DNA of 63,058 nt, the filler included, from Folioceros fuciformis (taxonomy: Eukaryota): assembly GCA_049999805.1 (NCBI GenBank). It is 6 parts of 6 records of this genome, joined end to end, with 100 filler letters (N's around TTAATTAATTAA, not from the genome) between each part and the next. Parts side by side here need not be neighbours in the genome. Positions count along the whole stretch, not along the records: positions 36,837 to 49,114 come from JBNGIO010005485.1; positions 49,215 to 61,521 come from JBNGIO010005487.1; 4 more parts are not named here. One strand, given 5' to 3'. Shown in pieces: positions 47,734 to 59,719 of the stretch. The number at the start of each line of letters is the position of its first letter. Position 1 is the stretch's first letter. Made by a program: the position numbers and the translations under genes. Under the pieces are notes generated by a model, which had not been told where the DNA came from, did not search any database, and saw only the letters and a program-made list of their open reading frames with translations.

Positions 47734-49114
47734 ATGGTGTTCCTGAGATCAGGGTGGACTGACGAAAGGACACCTGCGCCGTCTTCAGTCGGAGAAGTGC
47801 ACGACGGCTACTACTCGCCATTCAAGAGGACACCGGAACAATACAGAGACAACGCGCCAGTCACAAGGAGACAGTTTGGCGATTGGAGCGGAGAGTCTGC
47901 AAGAATGGAGCTTGAGTTCACACCAAGTAAGAACGATGTCTTCACAGGAAAACATGGAAGCATGTCTCTTGCAGATTTCGAGGAGAAGTTTCGTTGGGCA
48001 ATGGCGGAAAACAAGATGAAATACAAGGACGAGTTCACTCAGAGGATGGCGTTCATGAAGATGTCATCCTACCTTGCGGGTGAGGCTCTAATGTATTACA
48101 GAGATGAGAAGGCTGGGATCCTGAAGGTGGCCGAGAGAAGAGAAGCAGTGCACGAGGCGGCCAAGAGGGCTGGTTCGACTGCACCCCCTACTGACGAGGA
48201 CAAGCTCGAGCATCTGGTGGACTTGATGTTCGCCAAGTTAACCACCATGTTTCCTACAGCTTCGCTGGAAAAGATCCAGGAACTGTCGAGGTTTTCTTTC
48301 AGGCCTAACGAGACATTGCGTGCATCTTACCTCAGACTGAAGGTTCTGGTGGAAGACACGGGAGTGAAGACGATGAGGGAGGCTGCCGAGATCTTCATGG
48401 CAGCATTGCCTGCCAGACAAAGAAGGAAGGTAATGGACTCGCTGCATGGAGCGATGGGAGAAAGATATCAGTTGATAGACGCCTACCAAATTGCTGAGAA
48501 GGTGCTCAAAGGAGATGCAGTGAGCCAGGCTTACTTGGAAAATCACGGAGTCGTGAAGGGCTCCTCGCAGCACGGGTCTGGAGGACACGGGAATTCCAGG
48601 TTTGTTCCAAGGTACCAGTACCGGGAGCAAGCACAGTCCTCAGGACATGGCAAGCAGCCACATGCGCCGAAGGAGAGGCCAGCTAACAATGCAGGTCAAG
48701 CAGCTGTGAAGTGTGGCAGATGCTGTGGAGCGCACAAGGCGTTCGAATGCGACTACAAGCCAGGTGGTCCGAAGGGCAAGGAAGCCTGTAAGTCTTGTGG
48801 CAGATGGGGTCACATGGAGGCAGCGTGTTGGGAAGCTCATCCAGAGCTGAAACCCAAGCTTGCATCAGCTGAGAACGAGAAGGGCAAGGGCCCGAGTCGT
48901 AAGGCTCTCCTTGGGCAAGTGGAGGAGCTCAAGAAGGAGATGGCCAACATGGCCAGCAGAATAGAGCAGAGGATTTTGTTCTCTGACTCTGATGATGATG
49001 AGGCATTTGGCATGATGGCGGTGCGCAAGAAAAAGAAAAAGGCTGTTGCTAACTTTGGTGAAGGCGTCACTGCGAAGGGAGTGCCGGAACGGGAATCGAC
49101 CAAGATGCCGGAGA
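47734..49114 (+). CDS. Retrotransposon Gag-like protein (probably Ty3/gypsy), cut by linker
   Basis: Capsid-like FTGK..LADFEEKF..YLAGEALMYY; zinc knuckles CGRCCGAHKAFEC and CKSCGRWGHMEAAC. Confidence 0.75.
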
Positions 49115-49214
49115 NNNNNNNNNNNNNNNNNNNNNNNNNNNNNNNNNNNNNNNNNNNNTTAATTAATTAANNNNNNNNNNNNNNNNNNNNNNNNNNNNNN
49201 NNNNNNNNNNNNNN
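49115..49214. other. Artificial contig linker
   Basis: 44N + TTAATTAATTAA + 44N. Confidence 0.97.
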
Positions 49215-49846
49215 GGCCACGCTTGCAGGCTTGGTGCAGTCTTCCATGATATTCAAGCAGGGTTGGTGTTCGTCAAACAGTAGGCGAGAGTGATACCAAT
49301 GTCAAGGTTCCCTAGGCGTCCCTCCAAGTATTTTTAGACTCTACATATTCTCTCACTTGATTGGAAACGATGAGCAGAAGCAGAAGCACAAAGACAGCTA
49401 TATTTCACACAAAGACAGCTATATTTCACACAAAGACAGCTATAATTCAGTCCACTTCGTTAAGAATGGCAGCTATATCTCAGTCCACTTCGTCAGAAGT
49501 GCAGCTATATCTCAATCCACTTCGTCCAAATGGCCTCGTGTGGTGTGGTGTATGTACAACAAGACCTTCTTCTCACAAGACCATCTTCTCATGACGTGCA
49601 ACTGAATCTTCGTATGTTCAACAAGACCTTCTACTCATGCCGTGCAACAAAATCTTTTCGCCGTGGTGTAGTGGTACTTCAACACCATGCACCAAGATAT
49701 GAGCGTCCACCCCGAGCCTATCGTGGTGTTAATGCTACCCAACGCGAACCAATTCTAGATGTATAAAATACGCTCCATGGCCTGCCAAGCTTGTGATGGT
49801 TTTGGTAGCTGTCATGCGTGTCACCTTCGCCTTCCCCTTCCCCTCT

Positions 49847-51278
49847 TCATGTACAAGGTGTGCGGAACGGGGCCAGATTGTCCACGGTTCCGAACGGTTT
49901 CTCCAAGTTGGCCTTCCGAAACTCAGAATAGGTGAAGGACCTGTAGGCGGGCTGCTGGCCTTGGAGAAGCAGCTCGGGCAAAGGGGCCAGGACGGCATCC
50001 ATGGGAGACCGTATGAAGAGGGCCATGGAGAACCTCTCCTGGGACCTGTTCACCGCCGCCCTGTGCCACACGCTCATGTACACGTCGTTGCTGTAAACCT
50101 GCAAGGGTTGGGCCCAGCTGCGTATTTATTATTGGTGCTTCACGGCATTGCAAACTTGCTAAGGCAGAGATGGGGAATGCGGTGGTGGTGGTGGTGGTGG
50201 TGACGGTGCTAGTAGTAGTAGTAGTGGTATCACGCACCTGCATGGAGTCTCCCACGTTGAGGATGAGGCAGCCTGGCCTAGGACGGACGGCAATCCATTG
50301 CCCGTTCTTACTACTCTGCAGGCCTCCAACCTGTTCCTGGTGCAGTATGGTTATGAGACCCGGGTCCGCGTGGGGCACAAGGCCCATAGTGAGGTCGGGG
50401 ATGGGGAAAGGCGGGTACAAGTTCAGCTTCAGCCCTAATCTGAGTTAGATCCTCTTGCCGTTGGTTAGGGTGAGGGCGTGGGGCGTGCAGCCCAGTCCTT
50501 CCAGCAGCAGCTCCAGCACCTCCCTTCCCAAGGATTCCATCACTGTGAAGTAGGACTGGACGCCAGAGCTGTGACGGTCCCACACAGGAATATATCTCGC
50601 TTCAGCACCACATGCGAATGCGAATGCGAATGCGAAAACGAGAGCAGAGGCTGGCCAGGCCCTGGCTCACCTCAACTCCTCGTCCCCACCCGGAAACAAG
50701 AGGTCTGTCCAGCTTCGGATGAGCTCGGGAGTCTGCGGGAAGTGGAAAGACTCCATCCAGCTGATGTTCAGCACCCTCGTGTCCTGCCCCTGGGCGCCCA
50801 TCAGCGGGGACCCCAGTGCCCCGCAGGAGTACCCGTCCGAGGTCAGGGGTTTGCACAGCGCGGCGAGCTTACGATCCGGCGGCAACGCGAACAGCCTGCG
50901 ACCCAGCCCCTCCACCTTCTGGATGAAGGATAAGTCCACGCCGTGGTTACTCACCTGGAAGAAGCCCCACTCCTTGGTGGCGTCCACCAACCTCCGCAGA
51001 GCCGCTTTTCTGCCACCGTCTCCTGCGGTTCCCGATCTCAACACCGACAGGTCGAAGCATGGCAGCTCCGACTCCTCGCAGAAAGCATCATGGGGGACAC
51101 GAGGCCTGTCCTCTTCCTTCCATACGTAGTCATCCAACTTGGAGTACTTGGGGTCGCTGAGCAGAATGTTGGCCGCCGAGCTGCTCGCCACAGCCAGGTT
51201 CCCCAAGTTGGCGGACAAGTGCACTGCACCGATACCAGTTCCACTTCCGCTTCCGCTGCCGGTGATGCTGCCTGCCAT
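49847..51278 (-). pseudogene. 2-oxoglutarate/Fe(II) dioxygenase (DOXC class, GA-oxidase-like), 3 exons, in-frame TAA at 50447-50445
   Basis: LPCFDL..WGFFQVSNHGV; YPP..GLVPHADP (HxD); GGLQ; NVGD; HRAAVN..RFS (H..RxS); exon 2 reads KRI*LRLGLKLNLYP. Confidence 0.8.
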
Positions 51279-52119
51279 CTCCCTTCGCAGGCCGGAGCTG
51301 GTTGTGGCACATATTCGGAGCGCTACCATCGTCAGCCCAGACAGACTACATTTCTCGCAACTCCCATCTTTGTAGGGAATCGTCCTCCACCGCTAAATGG
51401 TATCTTCACCGTATCGCAAACCCGATGTTCTCTTCGGACTACGACACGAAAGACCATCCTTAACCTACGGTGAGAACGTTGTGCAGCGAAACCTCGACTC
51501 GAGTGAAAGGAACGTGTGACGTACGGCCGCCATAGCCACTTGTCGCGAGTTTCTGACAAAAGTTCCCTAGGGCGTGATTCATATACCGTCTGACAGCACC
51601 ACACTGCGTGGCTAAGGAATGATCCTTCACAGACGAGGGACCAACAGTTAACACCGTTGGCCGTTGGACAATTTTCTGCTGAATACCAAGGTCCAAAAGA
51701 AGTTGGCATCTTGAAGGGGTCGCTATAGGAGTCAGCAGCATAGCGGATAGATAATGCATACGACACCCGTTCACATGGCACGCCAACTTGCATGTCCCAG
51801 GACTAGAGTTGGTTTAAACAAGGATGACAATACATCTACACGCTTTGTTGCAGACAAGGACGTGACACCCCACAGGAGCTATCAGAATCGCCCGCCTTCT
51901 GGATCGTTGTAGAGCTTGCATCCGTCACCTGGACTGATCAATGACGGGATCTCAGTTTCTGGATGAAGGAAGCGTTTTAATTTTGGAAAAGAAAGACGGG
52001 TCTTGCACCTACCAAGAGTTTCCAGTAGTCGGCTTTTTGCACCCGAGTGCTGCATCTGGCCAGATACGTGACGCGTACGTACTGTTACAGGACCACAAAC
52101 GGATGCCGTTTTGTGGTCA

Positions 52120-53822
52120 TCAGTGCTCACCACTTCTGCGATCACCTTCCCAGCGCCTTGATGTGTTCTGGTCCTTCCCTTCCAACCGTCCATCATTCTC
52201 ACCGTCCAACTCCTCACCATCTTCCCCACCTCTTTCCAAAATTCGGGTCTTGAGAAGGTTGATTTTCCTGACCATGGCGTCTACAGCTATGTCAAATGCA
52301 TCCTTCATGCTCTCCAACCTATGCCTTGGATCAGCATAAGTTAGCCCCGGAATCAGCTTTATCACTTCATTGCGCATCGTAACTATTTGCTGAGGAGAAA
52401 TCTGTGCCAAGACAGCCTCAATTTTGATGTGTTGATCACGGATGTCCTCCTCTGGAATAAACACAGAATACTGACTGTGATTTTTAGGCAGATGCCATAC
52501 ATACTGCGAGTAAGCCGAATGCTGATGGAAGAACACAGGGATGCACCCAGCCAACATGGAGTCGAAAATGGAACGCCTTGTGAAGGAATCTCCTTGAGGC
52601 TGCAGGCAGAAGATGGATTCCTTGAAGAGCTTCATGACTGTGCTCGGCTTGTGGCATACAGTTGGCACCTTCTCCATCTTTGGGCACTCCAGCAGCTTGC
52701 AACGGTTACTCTTTGAACACTGCTCCAGGATCTGGCCCCGGATAGATGACGGTATACCTGGCCTTGATGCCCCAGCAAATGCAAACAAGTTGGGCCTTGA
52801 GATCTGTCTCAGATGATCCTGCCACTGAGTGATGTCAGCGTCCTTTGAGGGATGGAAATAGGTAGGATAAGGAATGCCAAAATCGTTTGTGTGAAAGGGG
52901 CTCTTCTCAATGAGGAGCACTGACATATTCTGTGTTGCCGGCAGATTCAGCAGTTTGTTGCCCCAGTCAGATTCTTTCTCTGTCTCCCTCCTGAAATCCC
53001 AGGTTATCCTACCAGTCACCATGAAATGGTCTCTGCCACCCAACAAGGCCCACGCTTGCTGGTTCTGCACCCACTCTGCTAGCTCAAGTGATGCCTTGTC
53101 CCTCATCGTAATGTTTGAACCCCAAAGATATCTGGATATATCCAAACCTGCCATGCAAGACACAACCACCGTCACACTCACAAGGTGACAGCAACAACTT
53201 GCCTTTTAGCTACAATTGCAACTGATTCAGTACCTGCGTAAAAGGGAACGTAAAATGCAGCTGCCTTCTCAGCGTCTTGTGTGAGACAAACATACTGCTT
53301 CATCCGATTGTGAAATATAACCTCGGCTGCAAACTGGTTGGTTGCAAACCATCCATTGGCAGGAAGGATATCATCACTGTTCTGGATTTGAGGTCCCAAA
53401 CCATCATTTACCAGGTACTTGCACATATTTGTCCACAGACTAAGATTCCGGCAATTTTGCAGCATTTCCAAATTGAAGACATCTGGAATCTTGTGCATAT
53501 GTATGTAGCGTCCCCGACATGGATCAAATGGGCTGCTGCCTTTCTCCATAGACCTCTTTATGGCTGCGAGCCAACTTGCAGAAGCTGGTGTCACATGATT
53601 TCTTGAAGGAGAGACAATCAGGTCTGTCTGGGGATAAACATTTGAAGAGGGTAATGTGGAATCTCTCTCAGTGCCCAGGATCCAAAAATGGAACACAAAA
53701 AGAAACCACCAAACTAATGCTGCAAACGCTATCAAGAAACACCGAGAACCGAGGGAGGAGGACCTGCTCTTCTCCATCCTCTCACTCTTACGCCCCACAG
53801 AATGATGATGGATATGAGGCAT
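52120..53822 (-). CDS. MUR3: Xyloglucan galactosyltransferase, GT47/exostosin family (MUR3/KATAMARI1-like), one intron 53233-53148
   Basis: N-terminal TM; CRGRYIHMH; WFATNQF..EVIFHNRMKQY; FYVPFYAG|LDISRYLWG; GRDHF..GRITWDFRR; PYPTYFHP; FCLQPQGDSFTRRSIFD; GCIPVFF. Confidence 0.9.
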
Positions 53823-55979
53823 GAAAATGGAGTTCAGTAGACAATTGGGACTGAGGATGACTCGATCTGCTGCTACTGAACATCAGATCACCATATCCAA
53901 GTAATCTTTCACTTTGCCGCTTTGATTTTCGCTCGCTTCAACTTCTCATCGAGCTAATAAAGTAGTAAGCCCAGATAACACCATTGAGCTGGGCAGGCGA
54001 CGCTTAACCCTGCTGGCCTTCATTGTTAAAAACACCATGCCCACTGCTCCTTCGCAGCGTTTCATCCCTTCAGCTCGGTATGCACACCTGCACCAGCACC
54101 AGCACCGCCAGTATAGCGCGCACACGGGAAATCGATCCGTCCTGCGCAGTCCGCTCCAGATGGCATGGAGCTCTTGTTCAGCCCAAGGTGGAGGCACCGT
54201 CACCCCCTAACACACCGAGTCCAGGAATTTCAACCACCAGATCCCTAGGAAGCGGGTGGCAAAGAGCAAAACAAAGCCGCAAATTCCTGGCTAACCTGCT
54301 GCGAGGAGAGTAAGTAAGTCACAGATGCTCAAAACGGCTGCGCCAGAAGGCTGAAACAAGGATATCAATAGACGAAACCTTCCCCAACCAGCAGATCCGC
54401 TCACTGGATCAGCAAATCAGAAAATCAGACATCACCGAAGGACGCAAGCGAAGCACAAGCATTCGGAAGAATTTCTACCGGTCATTTCTAAAGCGCATCA
54501 AACTAGCTGCTACGGCGTCATCGCCTGGCACCAGCAGTACGGCTAGTGTCCAGAATTTCAACGGGGCCTCACGTGCCCTGCGTGCGAGAAACGAAGGGAC
54601 ATTAAAAGCAGCCTGCAACAATCAGCTCAACTCCTATTCCACCGCAGATCTGACACCAGAAGAAACGTGGCGTCCAGCTCGTGCATCGGGGAGACAGAAG
54701 AATTGAGGCCAAATCGAAATTGTTCGTGTTCCCAACATGGAAAGTTACCTGGCGACGTGAGCCGACGACTGGGCGCGCCAATGAGGCCGGGTGGAAAGGA
54801 GCGCGATTCACGAGATGCAGCGAGCCAGCTGAATCATTTGAAACTGAAGGCACGCAACGCGAGTCCTGCTTCGCATTTCCGTCCCCGCCAACTTGCTTTC
54901 ACAAAGAGCAGCGGTGCGAGGGAAGAAATGGCGAGAACAGCGTCCAAGGCAGCCCGCCTGACATGACGAGGTAAAAGAATTATAATTTACTCTCACTTTC
55001 CGTTACATGCAACCACGTCGGTTCCATGTCCTACGACATGAGGCAAATAATAATTAACTCAGGATAACACCAACCCTTTACTTTCATCCATAAATTCCTC
55101 AAGACGCAACAAAGTCACCGCGGATCCGCACCATTCTCACTACCTACCGCATTATTGAACATTGCCCAAATATTGGGCTTGCAGTATGGTTTGAGAAATA
55201 TTATTTAAATATATTTACATTAAATATATATTATACTTCAATTTGATAAATTAAGACTAAAAATATTTTTCTATTCTCTATATATTTAGGGTTCAAGATT
55301 TAGGATTTCCTTGTACGTATTAGTAGATATATACTGTAAATATAGCTTGTAGAAAAATATATCCTCTAATCTTATATTTTAACTTCTTAAAACTAATCTT
55401 CTTACACTCAATACTAATAATTACAGTTTGTTCCATANNNNNNNNNNNNNNNNNNNNNNNNNNNNNNNNNNNNNNNNNNNNNNNNNNNNNNNNNNNNNNN
55501 NNNNNNNNNNNNNNNNNNNNNNNNNNNNNNNNNNNNNGCATAATCCTTGTTTAAGAAGATTCTTCTTTATGAGAGAAGAAAAAGTTTGACCAAAAATCTT
55601 ATAACTCAAACTTTAGTTAAGTGTGTGTTTATACAATTTATTTTGTTTATGAAGATTAGGGCATCCAATGGGATGATGACTTAGTCGATCCCAAGCTGAA
55701 AAATGAGAACAACAATCAAGATAATTATCAAGATTCAACAATCAATGTAATTATCAAGATTTAATATATCAGATGTATGTAAGAACATCATTAAGAAGGA
55801 TATGAGTTGTAAGAAAATAATACAACTTGGACATACATAAGGACATTAATGCGGATATGCCCTATACACTCTATATTTTTCCTCTTATGGATACTCAATA
55901 ATATACTCCAGAATCTATCACATATTCATGTATTCTACATCACCACATCACTAGGCCCACCTCTATATTGTAGATAGAC

Positions 55980-56403
55980 TTTTTTTTTTTTTTTTTTTTT
56001 TCTTGTCAATGTATGAGGCTTGTGGACCAATGCCATAGTATAGACTGTATACAGGAAACATCGCGGGGTTTAGGGTTGAGGAGGCATTCACACATAAACC
56101 GGTTGAGGAGACGTTCACACATAAACCGTTCCACACCAAATTGGGTATGAAGCAATTTAGGGTTGCTAGCCTCTTCCTCCTTCCCTCCAGCCCATAGCAT
56201 TCTCAAGGTTGGATGCTTTGGACCTGAATTGACAACATTTTTGCATGTTAGCCTCTTCATCCTTCCCTCCAATCTAGAGAGATCTGAAGGTGTGGATGCT
56301 TAGGACCTGAATTCTGAAGGTGTGGATGCTTAGGACCTGAATTCTGAAGGTGTGGATGCTTAGGACCTGAATTCTGAAGGTGTGGATGCTTAGGACCTGA
56401 ATT
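55980..56403 (-). mobile_element. Poly(A)-tailed retroposon 3' fragment (SINE/LINE-like) ending in a 30-bp tandem repeat at a gap
   Basis: T-run at ~55980-56001; unit TCTGAAGGTGTGGATGCTTAGGACCTGAAT x4 at 56283-56403. Confidence 0.4.
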
Positions 56404-56936
56404 NNNNNNNNNNNNNNNNNNNNNNNNNNNNNNNNNNNNNNNNNNNNNNNNNNNNNNNNNNNNNNNNNNNNNNNNNNNNNNNNNNNNNNNNNNNNNNNNN
56501 NNNCACTAGATGCTTATAGGAAGCCCTCAAGATTTTGGAGTTGTGCAAAACTTTGGGGCCTTCATCATCCCCACTTATGATATTCCATACATTAGCTGTA
56601 AGGAGATGGATCAAATTAATTTCAAATATGATGTTATCTCACCTCCATGGGTGAATTAACTCCGATATTTATGATTACTAGTGGAGGTTAGTACCGCCGG
56701 CCAAGATAAACTCACTTACACAAGATGGGAGTCCAGGACTCGTGGAGAAAATGGGTTCCCCAATGACACATCGCGACATATTTGGTAGGTCATATTGTCC
56801 TCAGAAAACTCCGAGCCGGCTCGAGCCGCAATAGCTTTCAGAATAGTCTACCAAATTACCTTGGGTGGACAGTAAAACCGAGACCGCAAGGAATGAATGA
56901 AGTTTATTTTACAAACGACAACGCCCCTTGCCTGGA

Positions 56937-58048
56937 CTACTCTTGCCGCTCCAGTTCGGTCATCCTCTCAATGATAGCCTGCACGACACAAACGGTCGCA
57001 CGTTCAACCTTTGCATGAAGCAGGCATGATGACAACAGCCGATATGCTGACGAACCGATGAATTGGACGGGCTATAAGACCCACCTTCTTACTGGTTTCT
57101 TGCAACTCCCCGGCAAGGATGAACTCATCCAGTATCAAGTAAACCTATTCCACATCGTAGGAAGAACAGGAACACAAGTCAAGGATAACGAGAACGGCGG
57201 GAAAAGCATTGGGAAATCAGATACTATCACAAGGAGGAAGAAAGACCTTGTGAAAATTGAAGACCAGATCCAGTTCGCAAACGTTGCTGAAGAAATGATC
57301 AAGGATCTCCACAAAGAGATGGATGCTTTCCAGGTATGCCAGCTCATTGTCAGTTATGTCCACGCACATAGAGAAGAACAATCCTGCATACCTTCGATAA
57401 ATCACCTTATGCGTTCGGAACTGCACGCAACATCCGTCAATAATCAGCTCATGAGGTAGGTACCTCTGCATGCATCCATGAAGCATGTTTCAGACGACAG
57501 GCGACAGTGCGCAAGCATAATTTCCAAACTGAGGGCCATCACAGATTGCTGAAACCAAATCTGAACGTCGCACAACCAACCTCTACAAAGTTGGTGAACT
57601 TGGGATCTCTGTTTACCACCAATCTGTGAACCTGAGTTCACGGCAATGGTCAGCTGGAGACAACCTTTCTTCTTCACAATTAGGGTTCAAGCTGCAACCT
57701 GGCAAACATACTTGGCGCATCTGTCTACAAACCTACAGCGACTTGGCAAGGAACCAGCCCGCAATAAAACAGTCCTTCCTCGGACTGGCCAGATGGGACC
57801 CTGAACCGACAATCCGTGGCAGCAAAGGAACAAACCTCATATTCAAGCTTGTGCTTCTCCGAGTCTTCCAGTGGCACATAGTACTTTGCCAGCCGCGTTT
57901 TGCCCTGTCTGTTCTGCAGCAAAATGAAGCGAATCTGCACAGATCGCAAGTGTACAAGGAATCCAATGGTAAGCACAAGGAAATCAGGTGATTAACACAG
58001 CATCCCCTATATTCCGCAATCACCGAACACAGGCACCAGCCATACCAT
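56937..58048 (-). CDS. AP2S: AP-2 complex sigma subunit
   Basis: ATG|gt first exon; [75 protein letters not shown]. Confidence 0.96.
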
Positions 58049-58375
58049 GGCTACACAAGATTGAGGCGAACCAGATCTGCGGTGCGGCGCCACGCAATGC
58101 TGAGCTACTTCGGACAACACGATAACGAAGCTGAAAGTCCTCCCTGGTTGTGCGTCAGGGGACTGGGAAGGACTGGAGCGGGCCGAGTTGTGGGAGCTTC
58201 GCGGCAGTCAGCCGACCGGTAATCCTTACTGACCGGTAATGCCTTCTGACCGGTAGCCCATCTTAAATCGCCAGACGGATGCAAGCATGTATGTAGTCTA
58301 TGTAGGTTTTTTACAATCTAGCTCAAGCGTTTCAACCTCGAACTCCTGGAAATACCGCGTTCAGTTGGAAGGAGC

Positions 58376-59205
58376 ATGACGAGCTTGCCACCGCTGCAGC
58401 TGCCTCCTCAGGATGCATCGTTCCTTTTCGCGGCGTCGGCTTCTGGTAAGCTTGGATGCCAGATTTGAAATTCAGGGAGCGACATTAGCCCTTGACATTA
58501 GACTCTCTTGGTGGCAGTGGCTCAGGAGTTCGCAAAAATGGCAGTGGAGGTCATTGTGAAGGGTGAGGGTGCTGCCAAAGGTTATGGCAAGGCTGCAAAG
58601 GTATTGGGTGTCAAGGTGGAGGCTGTCGGCCAGGGAGTCAGTTCCCTCTGCAGCATTTTCACCACAGCCGCTCGGTCTGATCTCTCTGGCCAGCAAATGC
58701 TGAAGCTGCTTGCGGATTTGGGGTTTGAGCAAGTTGCAGGGGAGGTTTTGGCACAATATTTTGTGCTAAGGAAAGGCGAGATCAGGGATGTTGTTGCAAT
58801 TTCCAAGCTGGAGCTGCCGTCGTACAAACGTCTCGATTGGCGGTTGGATGTTCAGGTGAACCTGTGCGCAGCGAGGAGTGGACCCAACTGTGGAGCATAC
58901 ACCCATGTTTGGTGTAGTTGGTCGATACCTGACACGTACTGTCCTGGATGTTTTTGTGACAGGTTGCGAGTAGACATCTGAGGAATCAGGCGTCCCCTTC
59001 CTTCTTTCTTCGTCTTGTCACGAAACAAGGAAGCAGCTCGACGTCAAGCGAGCCCCTTGCTCAAATCCACACGGACAGTGACTGCAAGGGGGCATTTCTG
59101 GAATCTGACTACGCCACTCTGAAGGCGGTTTGCGCAGAGTTGGAGATGGCTCTTCAAGAGTCTTCCTCTCGCCATGTTCGACGTGTGGTGAGATATTTCA
59201 AATGA
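58376..59205 (+). CDS. COMMD2: COMM domain-containing protein 2
   Basis: Exons 58376-58445, 58518-58855 and 58963-59205 are in phase. VAQEFAKMAVE, LPSYKRLDWRLDVQ|VASRHLR and ELEMALQE..HVRRVVRYFK parallel animal COMMD2 (LPSYHNLEWRLDVQLASRSLR..HCRRVVRNIK). Confidence 0.88.
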
Positions 59206-59601
59206 TGGGGGTGATATCGTTGAAGCTCAGGCCTACAAACTCCGGGTATCTGAGTGGATGACCCTACAACGGACAAGGAAGTGTCTCTATCCCTGTAAGT
59301 TCAAATATTTCAACCTTTGGGAGGGGAACGGGGGGAGAGGGAGGGCAGGGCAGGAGGGGTCGTGGGTATCTTGTATCTGGTATCATGCAAGGCACACTTG
59401 ATTGAGCTCGTTCTTAATTGTTTTGTTTGCAAGTTTCAGTAGTACCAAACATCTTGGCAGTTGTCATAGCAGCACTAATCGGTGCTGTGTTTTGCTCCGC
59501 CGAACTGAAGATTGCCTTCTTTGTTTCAGAACAGTGATTCTCCGCTGACAGTTGACAGTTTTGACGTCTTTCATCTCAGAAACGCACAAGCACTTGACGA
59601 C

Positions 59602-59719
59602 TGCTTGAGGTGGCACATGCCGACGACCCTTTGCTGTGTTGGTGGGACTACGGCACAGAGACGTGGTGGTCGATAAGGTTGTTCTACTTGGTGTGTAATA
59701 TTTTGTGCCACCTCAGGCA
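59602..59719. ncRNA. Candidate structured RNA hairpin (MIR-like)
   Basis: 16-bp outer stem TGCTTGAGGTGGCACA / TGTGCCACCTCAGGCA (one G:U pair) enclosing nested stems CGACGACC/GGTGGTCG and CTGTGTTG/CGGCACAG. Confidence 0.35.

Noticed and set aside
49386-49640. 21-bp and related short tandem repeats
   Set aside because: Ordinary minisatellite with no coding or structural support
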